Source: Felixounavirus LF110P1. Taken from it: DNA of 64,000 nt. The translations under genes and the position numbers were made by a program. Position 1 is the stretch's first letter, and the number at the start of each line of letters is the position of its first letter. The notes below the pieces were generated by a model. The model was not told the origin of the DNA. It did no database searches and was given only the letters and a program-made list of their open reading frames with translations. This document shows positions 46,750 to 56,418 of the stretch, in pieces. Where the stretch lies: sequence record OZ035744.1; one strand, given 5' to 3'.

Positions 46750-48300
46750 TCCTTATACAATCTCTTTCCATCACCTTTCCAGAATCTTCCCACTGATTCG
46801 ATAGAACCTATCTCATACCTTAAAAGCAATAACTCTATAGTCTACGCTATAACCTCTTATCAAATCAACTTAAATATAAGCCCATAACCCGAAAGGGAAG
46901 GGCAACCGTTTAAACGCTCTATAAAGCTCTATAACAGCCTTATCAACCTAACTTAAGGGATTGCATTAACTCACCCTTAAAAGCCCTTTATAAAGCTTCT
47001 CAGAGACTTAAAAGAATCTTATAAGGGTGTAAGCTTTATTATCTCGTTAGCTATCTTGTGAACTACTAAACAAGCCCCTTGATAGTAACTGAAAAGTATG
47101 TTATAGGGGCTATAAAGTAGCTTAAAAGTTGCTTAAAAGTTACGTAAATGCTAGCCCCCTTAACATTCTCTTAACAATTTCTTAACAATCCCTACATAGT
47201 TATGCTTTTAAGGCACTTGTTAGCAACTTGTTAGCCCCTTGTTAAATCTCTGTTACAACCATGTAAAAGCCTTGTAAGAGTCTTTGACATAGCCTTAAAA
47301 GCTCCTGTAAAGCCCTATAAAGAGGTATCTGTACAGTTGGGGTGTAATTACTAGGAAGTGACTTAAAAGAGCTTATAAGGGGCTATAGAGAGCTTTTAAG
47401 AGGGCTATTTAGAGAATCACTAAGAAAGAGAGGGAACGATAAGAAAAGAGATAGTGACCATGTTAATAGCTTGTTAAAAAGATTAAATACTTGTTAGAAA
47501 CTTGTTAATTATCTTAACAAAATAACTCTTTAAAATTAACTTGTTAGCTCTTGTTAGTCATCTGTTAAGATTCTGTAAAGCTTACTCAGCACTTGTTAAG
47601 AGACTGTTACGCTCTTGTTAGTTCTGTTAAGAATCTATTAAGACCTTTGAAGAGTTGTTAAGAAGGTGTTAGAACTGTTAAGAGATTGTTAAGGATATTT
47701 TAAAATTTTGCAAAGTACTTGTAAGGGAGCTGTTAAGGGCTACCAAGCAGATATACATCTTCTACAGATATTTTTGAGTTCCTTCAAAGACCCTAAAAAA
47801 TGACTTGATAGTCCTATTTTATAAAAATTTTAAGATTCTGAATAATTACCTATACAGCCTTTTAAAAATACAGGTAATAACAGGCTTATAAGATACCTTG
47901 TTAGTACCGTGTTAGACCTTGTGAGATAAGGTCTGTGAAGATATTCCTGTTAAGTTTGTTAAAACAGTCTATATAGAGGCTTAGTAATACCTAGTGAACA
48001 CCTATAGAGGGTATCATAGCTTACCTAGAGATTAAGAGGTGTATAGGAGCTTCTAAGAGGGTGTAGAGGGATGGTTAAGGTGATTGTATAGGTTGTTAAG
48101 AAGGCTTGTTAGAAGAGTGTTTAGATGGCTATTTAGAAGGGCTATACAGAGGGCTATTGAGACCACTAGATAGTTACTAAGATACTATATAGTACTATAT
48201 AACTATATAGAGAGTAAGATTAAGAAGGTTGTTAAGAAGGATAGATATTTTGTTCACATATGATGGTGACCCAGAGGTTGGGACAACCGATAAAATTTTA
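46750..48300. repeat. ORF-free array of phased degenerate 8-mers (YTGTTARG, CTTAAAAG, CTATAAAG and reverse complements) at about 10-12 bp spacing
   Basis: dozens of copies, e.g. CTTGTTAG 47540, 47550; CTGTTAAG 47562; CTTGTTAAG 47592; CTTGTTAG 47614; CTGTTAAG 47624; inverted CTTAACA run 47160-47190; no ORF of 60 aa or more on either strand. Confidence 0.7.
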
Positions 48301-48342
48301 TAAAAGTAAAAAGCCCCCAATTAAGGAGGCTCTTAAGATATT

Positions 48343-48966
48343 TTAAATCAGTGTTTCCAGAACTGTTTTTAGTGATGACTTGGTTGTCTGATAAAAATGA
48401 GTAAAGCCATTGTTGTTATCAAATACCTGCATCATGATATCATCTCCCTTGATTGGGTACACTCGGATATCATAGTGAAAACCATTAAAGACACAAGAAC
48501 CACTACAGAATGTACTAAAGTCAGCCACTGAGATATACTCTTCATGTCCTGTGATTTTTATACAAACACCTTTACTCGGTCTCTTAGGATTGATATCTTG
48601 CATCACAGACATACTCTGTCCACCAAGAGATACCATAGTGACCACTTTACGGTTCTTCTGTCTAAAGTACATCTTAACTTTCTGCAAAGTGTCTTCATAG
48701 AATGGATAAGACCTTTCTACAAAGATTCCTTCAAGTGGCTCTTTACCATTTTCAACTTCTCTGTTATGCCGTACTGCAAAGATAATTTGTTCGAACCAGT
48801 CAAGATTTTCTTCGGAGAGTGCTTCCCGAACATCCTTCCAGTCAAGTACTAAGTAGTTACCTTCAACTTCTTTTAAGTTATCTTTTTCCATATCTATCAC
48901 ACCATTATCGTAAAACTTGATATTCTGGTACTGCGAATTTATTACTATTGTTCTTGATGAGGTCAT
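48343..48966 (-). CDS. hypothetical protein
   Basis: 207 aa ORF, last gene of minus-strand block. Confidence 0.45.
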   Translation of the reverse strand: MTSSRTIVINSQYQNIKFYDNGVIDMEKDNLKEVEGNYLVLDWKDVREALSEENLDWFEQIIFAVRHNREVENGKEPLEGIFVERSYPFYEDTLQKVKMYFRQKNRKVVTMVSLGGQSMSVMQDINPKRPSKGVCIKITGHEEYISVADFSTFCSGSCVFNGFHYDIRVYPIKGDDIMMQVFDNNNGFTHFYQTTKSSLKTVLETLI

Positions 48967-49369
48967 CCTCTGAAACTAAAAATGTAATACCACATAAGTG
49001 TCTGTAACGACTATCATACTCGAATATCTTAAACAGATATTTACCATCATGATAAACCTGTTGCACTTCACCTTCTGCAACAATCTCGCCTGTAATAAAA
49101 TTTTTTAGTTTATACACATTACCAACTTTAGGTACTGTTTTCATCTCAGGCTCTTTTAGTGCTACACCTATTTTTGCATCACCGAGTAAATGAGAACTCT
49201 CAAAAGCTACGTGTTTCATATAAGCTTCTGAGCATTCCCAGATAAAACAATGTACAAGAACCTTAGCAGCATGTCTTGAACAGTTCAACTTATCACAAAT
49301 TTCTGTGTACATCTCATCTTTAGTTGAGTTGTCAAGCATTGCTCTTTGCACTATCTCTTTTACTTTCAT
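48905..49369 (-). CDS. hypothetical protein
   Basis: 154 aa ORF. Confidence 0.4.
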   Translation of the reverse strand: MKVKEIVQRAMLDNSTKDEMYTEICDKLNCSRHAAKVLVHCFIWECSEAYMKHVAFESSHLLGDAKIGVALKEPEMKTVPKVGNVYKLKNFITGEIVAEGEVQQVYHDGKYLFKIFEYDSRYRHLCGITFLVSEDDLIKNNSNKFAVPEYQVLR

Positions 49370-49787
49370 AAGCTCTCCGAATAACCCTATTAAACATTTC
49401 TAAAGTCAGCTTTCCAGATTCTAAATGTGGCATGATGAGTTTTAAAGCTTTTTCAACATCATTCACAACATCTATTATACCTTCTGCATAGGCTTCTACA
49501 AGGATATCTTTTACGTTTTGTTGGTTACCTTTTTGTGGTATCACTAGACGCATATCAAAATCATTTGCTTGAGGATGGTCACTGCCACGCCAATAACCCT
49601 CTTTGTTAAAGCTGATGTAGTTACCGTGGTAAAAGTGTATACCATTAACTTTAAACTTTTCCAGTACAAGGCATTGAATGGGGTATTCAGTATCCCAATC
49701 CCTGACTCCTAGAACCTTCACTGTTGCGATATACTTCTGTGTTTTTGCATCTATGATGTCAAGTTCTTGACCAGCTATGATTTGCAT
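49332..49787 (-). CDS. hypothetical protein
   Basis: 151 aa ORF. Confidence 0.4.
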   Translation of the reverse strand: MQIIAGQELDIIDAKTQKYIATVKVLGVRDWDTEYPIQCLVLEKFKVNGIHFYHGNYISFNKEGYWRGSDHPQANDFDMRLVIPQKGNQQNVKDILVEAYAEGIIDVVNDVEKALKLIMPHLESGKLTLEMFNRVIRRAYESKRDSAKSNA

Positions 49788-49840
49788 ATTCGCTACCTTC
49801 TAAGTTTCTACAAAGGGGCTATCAAGTAACCCCTAAGTTA

Positions 49841-50086
49841 TTACTCAGACTTTTCAGTCTTCTTATCGGATTTCTTACTAGTCTTCTTCTCAGCTTTCTG
49901 CTCAGGTTCCTTCTCAGAAGTTGCCTTGATAACCATATCAAGAAGCTCTGATAAGTCACTCTTCAGCAAAGTAACAGGCTGCTCGTTGTAGAAGTTTTTG
50001 TCAAGATAAACTTTGAACTCTTCTATAGAAGGAAATCCAAAAATTGGTACAGGTGTCTTAATCATTTTTAGTTTCTCCATAAGCAT
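49841..50086 (-). CDS. hypothetical protein with basic C-terminus
   Basis: 81 aa; C-terminal KKTSKKSDKKTEKSE. Confidence 0.4.
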   Translation of the reverse strand: MLMEKLKMIKTPVPIFGFPSIEEFKVYLDKNFYNEQPVTLLKSDLSELLDMVIKATSEKEPEQKAEKKTSKKSDKKTEKSE

Positions 50087-50140
50087 CTTTCAAGATTGCC
50101 TTGTTAATCATTTCAGCGATTGCAAAACGAACACATACAG

Positions 50141-50644
50141 CTATAATTGTAGGTTGCATTCTTTACTTACCTCTTCAAGTTTAATCTCAGAGTCCTTAAG
50201 TCGTTTCTTATGAACTCTGAATCTTATTAGTGAGATGATGATACCAGCTAAAGGAACAGCATACAAGTACCAAACATCATGTACCTTTGCAGTAATCTGT
50301 GTGATAGTTAAATCTTGAGCTATGTAACTGATTGCTGATACGGCTAGTAATGTTGCTAAGAAGAAAACCAGTATCATAGCAATATTCAGACAACCTCTGG
50401 CATGGTATTCATGCTTAATGCACTTATTCTTCTCTTCAACAACCCTGTTGTAGTCGTTTGTAAAGTCTCTGTAGAAAGCTTTTAAGTATTCTTGAGTGTA
50501 GCCTTCAAAGCAACCTGTGCCGTACCAATAATCACCACCAAAGTGTGCTATGATACCGGTATCCCCATTTGGTTTGGTTACTCTCAAAGAGGTGTGATGA
50601 CGAGTATCCTGATAATCTATCTTATATCTTTCTTCGTAAATCAT
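50141..50644 (-). CDS. membrane protein (possible holin-like)
   Basis: 167 aa with two hydrophobic helices (ILVFFLATLLAVSAI, AVPLAGIIISLI); same strand block as lysozyme. Confidence 0.3.
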   Translation of the reverse strand: MIYEERYKIDYQDTRHHTSLRVTKPNGDTGIIAHFGGDYWYGTGCFEGYTQEYLKAFYRDFTNDYNRVVEEKNKCIKHEYHARGCLNIAMILVFFLATLLAVSAISYIAQDLTITQITAKVHDVWYLYAVPLAGIIISLIRFRVHKKRLKDSEIKLEEVSKECNLQL

Positions 50645-50859
50645 TTTCCAACCCCTCTCAATCGTTTATTCCACTCAAGGTCAACAAGTCTTTGCAGGAC
50701 TTTCCCTCTAGGTGTTACACCTTTTAAATCTGCATCGTAGCAACGGTAAAAGTCACCTTCAGCGTGTTTACCATAGCACTTTCTTATATTCTGACTTCTA
50801 CGATATTGCTCTAACAGGGACAGTTTGTAGTAATCTTCAACTGTAGTTAGCTTTTTCAT
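50641..50859 (-). CDS. hypothetical protein
   Basis: 72 aa ORF. Confidence 0.35.
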   Translation of the reverse strand: MKKLTTVEDYYKLSLLEQYRRSQNIRKCYGKHAEGDFYRCYDADLKGVTPRGKVLQRLVDLEWNKRLRGVGK

Positions 50860-50942
50860 TCTTTCACCATGAATCCTCTTAAGAAACTAAAAAGGGAACT
50901 ACCTCTCGATAGCTCCCATCATAGTTAACATTGTATATTTGG

Positions 50943-51524
50943 TCAAGAGTATTTTTTAGGCAGTAATGCGCTACGTTTGTTACTCTCTTCACTCAATAGT
51001 GCGATAAATTCGTCGCCTTTACCTTTCCACGGGCTGAATGAAGGGATATGTTCGCGGATAGCCTCAATCACTGTTTTAAGTGCTGTGTTCTTCATCCACC
51101 AATCAGAATCTGCTGATGCTACCACGTAGTATCCACCGTCATCAGTTAAAATTGGCTCTGAAATACATGGTGAAATCAAAGTGGTGATGATTGAACCGTT
51201 GTTCATGTAGTATGTGCGCTTCATAACCTTTTCAAGAAGCTTGTGAAGGTCACCAAACAGTGTTACAAGTTCTTTGTGGTCGATGTCTTTTTCGAGGCTT
51301 GCTCGATACTTCAATAGTGCAGCATCAACCTCTCTGTCATTGAATTTGAAGTACTGGACTTCATCAACAAGGCAAACACTGATATTGTTCACATTCATAG
51401 TCAACTTACAAACTTTTGCAGGAGAGTTGATGCTTGGTTGAAAAAGTGCAATACACCCTTCAATATTTCCAAAATGTTGTACCAGTGTTACTTGTGGAGT
51501 AATATTCTGTTGCTCTTCGGACAT
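50943..51524 (-). CDS. hypothetical protein
   Basis: 193 aa ORF. Confidence 0.4.
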   Translation of the reverse strand: MSEEQQNITPQVTLVQHFGNIEGCIALFQPSINSPAKVCKLTMNVNNISVCLVDEVQYFKFNDREVDAALLKYRASLEKDIDHKELVTLFGDLHKLLEKVMKRTYYMNNGSIITTLISPCISEPILTDDGGYYVVASADSDWWMKNTALKTVIEAIREHIPSFSPWKGKGDEFIALLSEESNKRSALLPKKYS

Positions 51525-51868
51525 TACAGTTTCCTCATTAAATACTTTTTAAGTTGTGTGTTAGGTTTCTCAAAAACTTCTATAGAAGATATCTTGACAG
51601 ATTCACCACGCATACCTGTGTGTTTGAATATATAGTACTCTAACATCCCTATGTACTTTGCTGGTAAGTCATGCTTGACATATACCGTCACAGAATCTTC
51701 AAACTCAACAACCTTTGTACCATCTTTGTAGTTAAACTCTTTAGGATGGTTGTAGTTGTCTATATCGTACATTAAGAAGAGTCTTTTACGTTGTAAGTCA
51801 AGCTTATTTGTTAAAGACTCTTTGATATCTGAGAAGTTTTTGTACACTGTGACATGGAGCTTACTCAT
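51524..51868 (-). CDS. hypothetical protein
   Basis: 114 aa ORF. Confidence 0.4.
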   Translation of the reverse strand: MSKLHVTVYKNFSDIKESLTNKLDLQRKRLFLMYDIDNYNHPKEFNYKDGTKVVEFEDSVTVYVKHDLPAKYIGMLEYYIFKHTGMRGESVKISSIEVFEKPNTQLKKYLMRKL

Positions 51869-52154
51869 CGTTAAACTCTCTGACGAAGAAATAGTTGACT
51901 TTGTTATTACCTACCATAAGGTCAAAGCAGGTATTCTCAAAAGGTTTGTTGTAGGCATCATATGAAGTGTACGTATCAGCTACTTGCTTAGTAGTGAGCT
52001 TTTTACTTGATGGATTTAAGAGGCCACCATACAGTTTCTTGATAGCCTCTTCTACAACAGACCAGATGATTTCGTCAGTAATTTCTTCGTACAGGTCAAG
52101 TTCACGCTCTAGTGAGAAGTCACAAATAGGGAAAATAACCTGTACTTTACTCAT
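51861..52154 (-). CDS. hypothetical protein
   Basis: 97 aa ORF. Confidence 0.4.
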   Translation of the reverse strand: MSKVQVIFPICDFSLERELDLYEEITDEIIWSVVEEAIKKLYGGLLNPSSKKLTTKQVADTYTSYDAYNKPFENTCFDLMVGNNKVNYFFVREFNDE

Positions 52155-52549
52155 TAACGAATTACCTGTGAGACTTGAATTGCTTCAGTTACTGACAAGT
52201 CACCTACTTTCTCTTCTTTGATAAAGGTGAAGGTAAGTTCAACAGGCTCTCGCTCTTCTTGCTCAACTGGAATACCATTAAGCTCATCAAAGATTGATTG
52301 GGTTGTCCAATCTTCACCACCATCTGGGTAGTGGATTGCGTAAAGTGGAAACTCTAAATTATACCAAGCAAAAACAGGGCAACCATCTGCATCATCTCGA
52401 CATCTGTGGAGATATGTGTTTGTACCTTCAAAATGCAAATGGAGATTACCATTCTTCTCAAATAGAAGAGCATCTTGCAGGTCTAGTTCCTCATTTTCGC
52501 TGTAACGGCTGACATCAACCTTAACATGGATATGACTGTTATTATTCAT
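52154..52549 (-). CDS. hypothetical protein
   Basis: 131 aa ORF. Confidence 0.4.
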   Translation of the reverse strand: MNNNSHIHVKVDVSRYSENEELDLQDALLFEKNGNLHLHFEGTNTYLHRCRDDADGCPVFAWYNLEFPLYAIHYPDGGEDWTTQSIFDELNGIPVEQEEREPVELTFTFIKEEKVGDLSVTEAIQVSQVIR

Positions 52550-52940
52550 AAAAACCTCTCTCTGCTTGTTCGATTTTTGCTCTTAAAATTTCGCAATGTT
52601 GTAAATGGTAGTTAGCTTCTTGTTCATGTGTTGCTAACTGCCTTTCCAGAACAGTTTTATAGTAACCTGCAAGTTGCTCTTTTGTCAACGGGTGTTCTGA
52701 AATAATATCCAGTCCACTTTCGCCAAGAGGGTTGAATTGTCCATGCTCATTGACATTGTAAGTCTCAAACTTGAACAGACCATTGTTCACAGACTCAATA
52801 GGCGACAGCTCAACAAGCTCTACAGTAAACCGTGTATATACCTTGTCACCTCTTGAAACCACATTGCTTCCGACAATGCGTACAAGCGAGCCATTACGAG
52901 TGTACTTAAAAGTTCCAAAGTCACTAGCCCAAAGCTTCAT
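52542..52940 (-). CDS. hypothetical protein
   Basis: 132 aa ORF. Confidence 0.4.
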   Translation of the reverse strand: MKLWASDFGTFKYTRNGSLVRIVGSNVVSRGDKVYTRFTVELVELSPIESVNNGLFKFETYNVNEHGQFNPLGESGLDIISEHPLTKEQLAGYYKTVLERQLATHEQEANYHLQHCEILRAKIEQAERGFYE

Positions 52941-52965
52941 AGTTTTCTCCTTAGAAAATAAAAAA

Positions 52966-52990
52966 GGCTCCCGAAGGAGCCTATGAAGAT
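52966..52990 (-). terminator. rho-independent terminator (minus strand)
   Basis: GGCTCC-CGAA-GGAGCC hairpin; A-run on plus strand gives T-run on minus strand after lysozyme gene. Confidence 0.55.
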
Positions 52991-52991
52991 A

Positions 52992-53456
52992 TTACTTTGG
53001 ATATACACTGTCAAGATAAATGTCAGCTTCCATTCTACGTCTGTTTTTCAGGCCGTTTGAAGTGACCTTCTTACCTTTTACTGTAACCTTGTTCCACCAC
53101 TGCATAGCTTCTGCACAACCGACCTTATTACCAGCATTGTGGCGCTTGATAAATGTAGAGTCCTGCATAGCTGTGATACCAATGTTGTATGTTTCACTTA
53201 CAAGTGCATCAAACTCATTCTGAGAAGTTGGAACCTTGATGGCTTTGTTCACTGCTGCAACGAACTTTTCAACATCTGCAAGAAGATACTGTTCAGCTTG
53301 TTCAGCGGTAATCTTCATACCCATCTTAACAGGTTTTCCGTCAATACGGATTGTCCCATACCCAATTGTTGGGATTCCGGCAGAGTCTTCGTAAGCCTCT
53401 AACTTCAGACCTTCGAAGAACTTAATAGCATCTAAACCTTTTCTTGAGAGTTGCAT
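52992..53456 (-). CDS. lysozyme (glycoside hydrolase family 24, endolysin)
   Basis: N-terminus FEGLKLEAYEDSAGIPTIGYGT matches the GH24 phage-lysozyme signature (catalytic E, TIGxG). Confidence 0.8.
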   Translation of the reverse strand: MQLSRKGLDAIKFFEGLKLEAYEDSAGIPTIGYGTIRIDGKPVKMGMKITAEQAEQYLLADVEKFVAAVNKAIKVPTSQNEFDALVSETYNIGITAMQDSTFIKRHNAGNKVGCAEAMQWWNKVTVKGKKVTSNGLKNRRRMEADIYLDSVYPK

Positions 53457-54340
53457 TATGCCTCCCCTGCTGGATTAACTGTAACTGTTGCTGCATTAGA
53501 TGTTACAGAGCCACCTGCGCCAGTCACTACACAGGTGTAGCTTCCTGCATCAGCAGCGGTTGCACCTTCTTTGGTGTAAGTTGCAGCAGTTGCGTCTGGG
53601 ATGACTTCCTCACCTTTCTTCCACTGATAACCTGTCGCACCTGTTGCCACAACATTCAGTGTTAAGGTCTCACCTTCAGTGATTTCTTGATTGGTTGGTT
53701 GCTGAGTGATTACCGGAAGTGCATTCACAGTCACTGTTGCTGCATCTGAGGTAACACTTGTTCCACCCTCTCCAGATACAACACAAGTGTATGAACCAGC
53801 GTCAGAAGGTGCTACTGACTGTTTTGTGTAAGTTGCAGAATTGGCACTAGGGATGTCCTCACCATCCTTCTTCCACTGATATCCAGTGGCGTTAGTTGCT
53901 AGAATGCTTAGAGTAAGTGTACCCCCTTCATTTACTGTTTGATTGGTTGGTTGCTGAGTGATTGTTGGTGGTGTGATGACATCTTTCAACTTAGCATTCA
54001 ACATTGAGAACGGCTTAACTCTTGCCAACCATTCACAGTAAATTGTGTCAACATCTTTACCATTGATGATTGCATACTGCAAATCCATGAAGAAATCAGC
54101 AGTTCTCATCTGTGCACCAACACTGTAAAGCAATTCATCACTAAATGGAACTTTGTAGTCTGGTTTGTAGTCAAACTTCTCAACTTCTGCAATATCAGCT
54201 TCAGGCCAATATGAACTATAGGTAAGTGGTAAAATAGCCTCTTGATATGTTCTAAAATCATATCTCTTACCAACCTTTACGTTTGCAATGAAGCCCTTCA
54301 CAAACTCTTTAAAGTCTGGGTAAGTCTTTGCTTTAATCAT
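53456..54340 (-). CDS. Ig-like domain protein (two tandem Ig-like repeats)
   Basis: two about 90-aa repeats (ITQQPTNQ...GYQWKK...AGSYTCVV); N-terminal 120 aa paralogous to the upstream ORF. Confidence 0.6.
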   Translation of the reverse strand: MIKAKTYPDFKEFVKGFIANVKVGKRYDFRTYQEAILPLTYSSYWPEADIAEVEKFDYKPDYKVPFSDELLYSVGAQMRTADFFMDLQYAIINGKDVDTIYCEWLARVKPFSMLNAKLKDVITPPTITQQPTNQTVNEGGTLTLSILATNATGYQWKKDGEDIPSANSATYTKQSVAPSDAGSYTCVVSGEGGTSVTSDAATVTVNALPVITQQPTNQEITEGETLTLNVVATGATGYQWKKGEEVIPDATAATYTKEGATAADAGSYTCVVTGAGGSVTSNAATVTVNPAGEA

Positions 54341-54708
54341 TTCTTTTTAGCCTCTAAATGTGCGTTTAGTCCAAAATAACCTTTGTGATGCGGAGATACA
54401 TCACCAACAACAATACCTTTAACCTTATAGCCTTTACCAATTACATACTGGATATCCATAAGGAATCTTCCAAGTCCAACAATATGGAACATTGGATATA
54501 ATAGGTTCTCAGAATCTGGAATATTGATTTCAGGTTTGTAGGTACGCTGTTCGATTGTTGGTGTAATATCTTCTTCAGGCCATTTGCTGAGTCTCCATGT
54601 CAAAGGTGTTGGGATAACATCATTAAGGTTGTACCTTTCACCATTTTGCACGGAATTGATATAGGATTGTAGGAAGCAATAAAAGTCTTTTGCACTCTTA
54701 GCTTTCAT
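54337..54708 (-). CDS. hypothetical protein, paralogue of N-terminal domain of the Ig-like protein
   Basis: MKAKSAKDFYCFLQSYINSV... aligns with MIKAKTYPDFKEFVKGFIANV... of the 53456-54340 product. Confidence 0.5.
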   Translation of the reverse strand: MKAKSAKDFYCFLQSYINSVQNGERYNLNDVIPTPLTWRLSKWPEEDITPTIEQRTYKPEINIPDSENLLYPMFHIVGLGRFLMDIQYVIGKGYKVKGIVVGDVSPHHKGYFGLNAHLEAKKK

Positions 54709-54755
54709 TAAATATCCTTATAAATAGTTAAAGGGGCATCAGCCCCTATTCACAC

Positions 54756-55346
54756 TTAAGCTTTGGTCTTAAGTAGGTTCTTAAGTTTTTTAAGATTCAT
54801 ACTCTCATCAAACTTAAAACCAAATCCATTGACATAATCAATGAACTCGGATTTCTTACTGAGTGACAATGCGTAACTCATATCAAAGTTATTACTTGTT
54901 TCTGCGTCTGGACTAGAGTTCACATCAAATGAAATTTCTGTAGGCTCTTGCTTACTCTTTCTCATGTTATCAACCAACAAACATGTATAATTTGCTGGAT
55001 AGAAATTTACACTACCATCAACGTAGCTGTACTTATTATTATGGATAAGGTTGGAAAATACCTTAAGGAATGTTTCTGAGTCGTGGCAAACAAGTTTGAA
55101 TTGGCTGCTCTCTCCAAGCGCAACTAATGAGTACGGACTTTCACTATCAAAGTCATAATTTTGATTCGATGCCGTTACTGTTACACGCATCAAGTTATTA
55201 GCAATAGTCTTCTGTTTAAAAGAATTTTGAACATAGTGAAGACCTCTATCACACTGATTGACTAGCTCTTTAAGCAGGTCATTTGCATATGGTGAATTAA
55301 TTGATACAGAGCCATCACTATTGTAATTAAAACTTACTGTTAACAT
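54756..55346 (-). CDS. hypothetical protein
   Basis: 196 aa ORF. Confidence 0.4.
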   Translation of the reverse strand: MLTVSFNYNSDGSVSINSPYANDLLKELVNQCDRGLHYVQNSFKQKTIANNLMRVTVTASNQNYDFDSESPYSLVALGESSQFKLVCHDSETFLKVFSNLIHNNKYSYVDGSVNFYPANYTCLLVDNMRKSKQEPTEISFDVNSSPDAETSNNFDMSYALSLSKKSEFIDYVNGFGFKFDESMNLKKLKNLLKTKA

Positions 55347-55573
55347 TTTTCAGTTCTCCTGCGGTTTATAATTTTGCTGCAATAGAGAAACGAAGTAAAC
55401 TCACTGGAAGAAACCATTAAGTGTTGTTCACTAGATTGAGCCATTGCCCTGAAATACATTCCAGTCAAAGCATCATAGTGACTATTCTTTCCAATTGAGG
55501 TTATATAGCCATGACTCTTTGCAGTTTGATATAAATCTATAATATCTGCGATTTCTAATTGGGAACTACACAT
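55340..55573 (-). CDS. hypothetical protein
   Basis: 77 aa ORF, first in minus-strand block. Confidence 0.3.
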   Translation of the reverse strand: MCSSQLEIADIIDLYQTAKSHGYITSIGKNSHYDALTGMYFRAMAQSSEQHLMVSSSEFTSFLYCSKIINRRRTEKC

Positions 55574-55812
55574 AGATAATCCTCTTGTCTTCTGTAATTT
55601 TGAAAGAACAGGTACAGACCAATTTCAGAGGATGAATAGTAGATTAACTCTACCCTTTTTGATTCCTTACAGTGATTGGTATTCTTACCTTTCTTCGGTT
55701 TATTTGATTTTCTCATTAAGTCTCCTTTGTAGAACAAGGCAGACCTACAGCTTTAAGTAAGATGGTACAGTAATCCATACAACAAGTCAAGAACTATTGC
55801 AAGTTAAAAAAG

Positions 55813-55850
55813 TTGTTGACAAAGTACTTGACAAGGTGTAGGCTTATAAA
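55813..55850 (+). promoter_or_regulatory. sigma70-like promoter with tandem TTGACA boxes
   Basis: TTGACAAAGTACTTGACAAGGTG-TAGGCT; near-duplicate of the element at 10996; divergent intergenic region. Confidence 0.45.
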
Positions 55851-55965
55851 TACTTAGAAGATAACTTAAAAGGTTCCTCTAAAAAGGCTATTTAAACAGA
55901 TATCTTTCTGGATATCTATCTTTTATCTTAAAAGCCTTTTAAGAGGTCTTATAAGAGGCATACCA

Positions 55966-56337
55966 ATGAAAAACAGAACAAACAAAGGCCAGTTTAAAAA
56001 AGGCCAGTCTGGAAACCCATCTGGAAGACCAAAAGGCTCTCGTAACAAAAGCTCACTTGTAAAAGCTCAACTGACCATTGATAATTCTGCTGAGTTTGCT
56101 GCAAAGTTGTTTGAGGCGGTTGTTACAAGGGATGCTGCTAAGCTTGCAGAGTTCGGTTTGACGACTGACGATGTAAACCTGAAGTCGATGATGGAGGCTG
56201 GTAAAACCATCATGACTCACTCAGCAGGTGAGATGAAAGCGATTGCAGCAGACACTAAGAAGACCCCTGATAATGGTGGTCAGTCTCAGACAGATAACAA
56301 ACCAACGTTCTCTGCTGTAGCGACTCTCAAAAAATAA
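55966..56337 (+). CDS. hypothetical protein with basic Gly-rich N-terminus
   Basis: MKNRTNKGQFKKGQSGNPSGRPKGSRNK. Confidence 0.45.
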   Translation: MKNRTNKGQFKKGQSGNPSGRPKGSRNKSSLVKAQLTIDNSAEFAAKLFEAVVTRDAAKLAEFGLTTDDVNLKSMMEAGKTIMTHSAGEMKAIAADTKKTPDNGGQSQTDNKPTFSAVATLKK

Positions 56338-56418
56338 TTTTAAAAGGTGTTGACAGACTCTACAAAGTTGCTCTAAAGTCTGTCACATCAAACAACAAAT
56401 GAGAGAAGAGAGTAAAAT

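Noticed and set aside
46750-48300. Possible CRISPR array in the repeat-rich non-coding tract
   Set aside because: Repeat units are only about 8 nt, degenerate, at 10-12 bp spacing with no 25-40 nt unique spacers and no cas genes; reads as a protein-binding iteron-like array instead.
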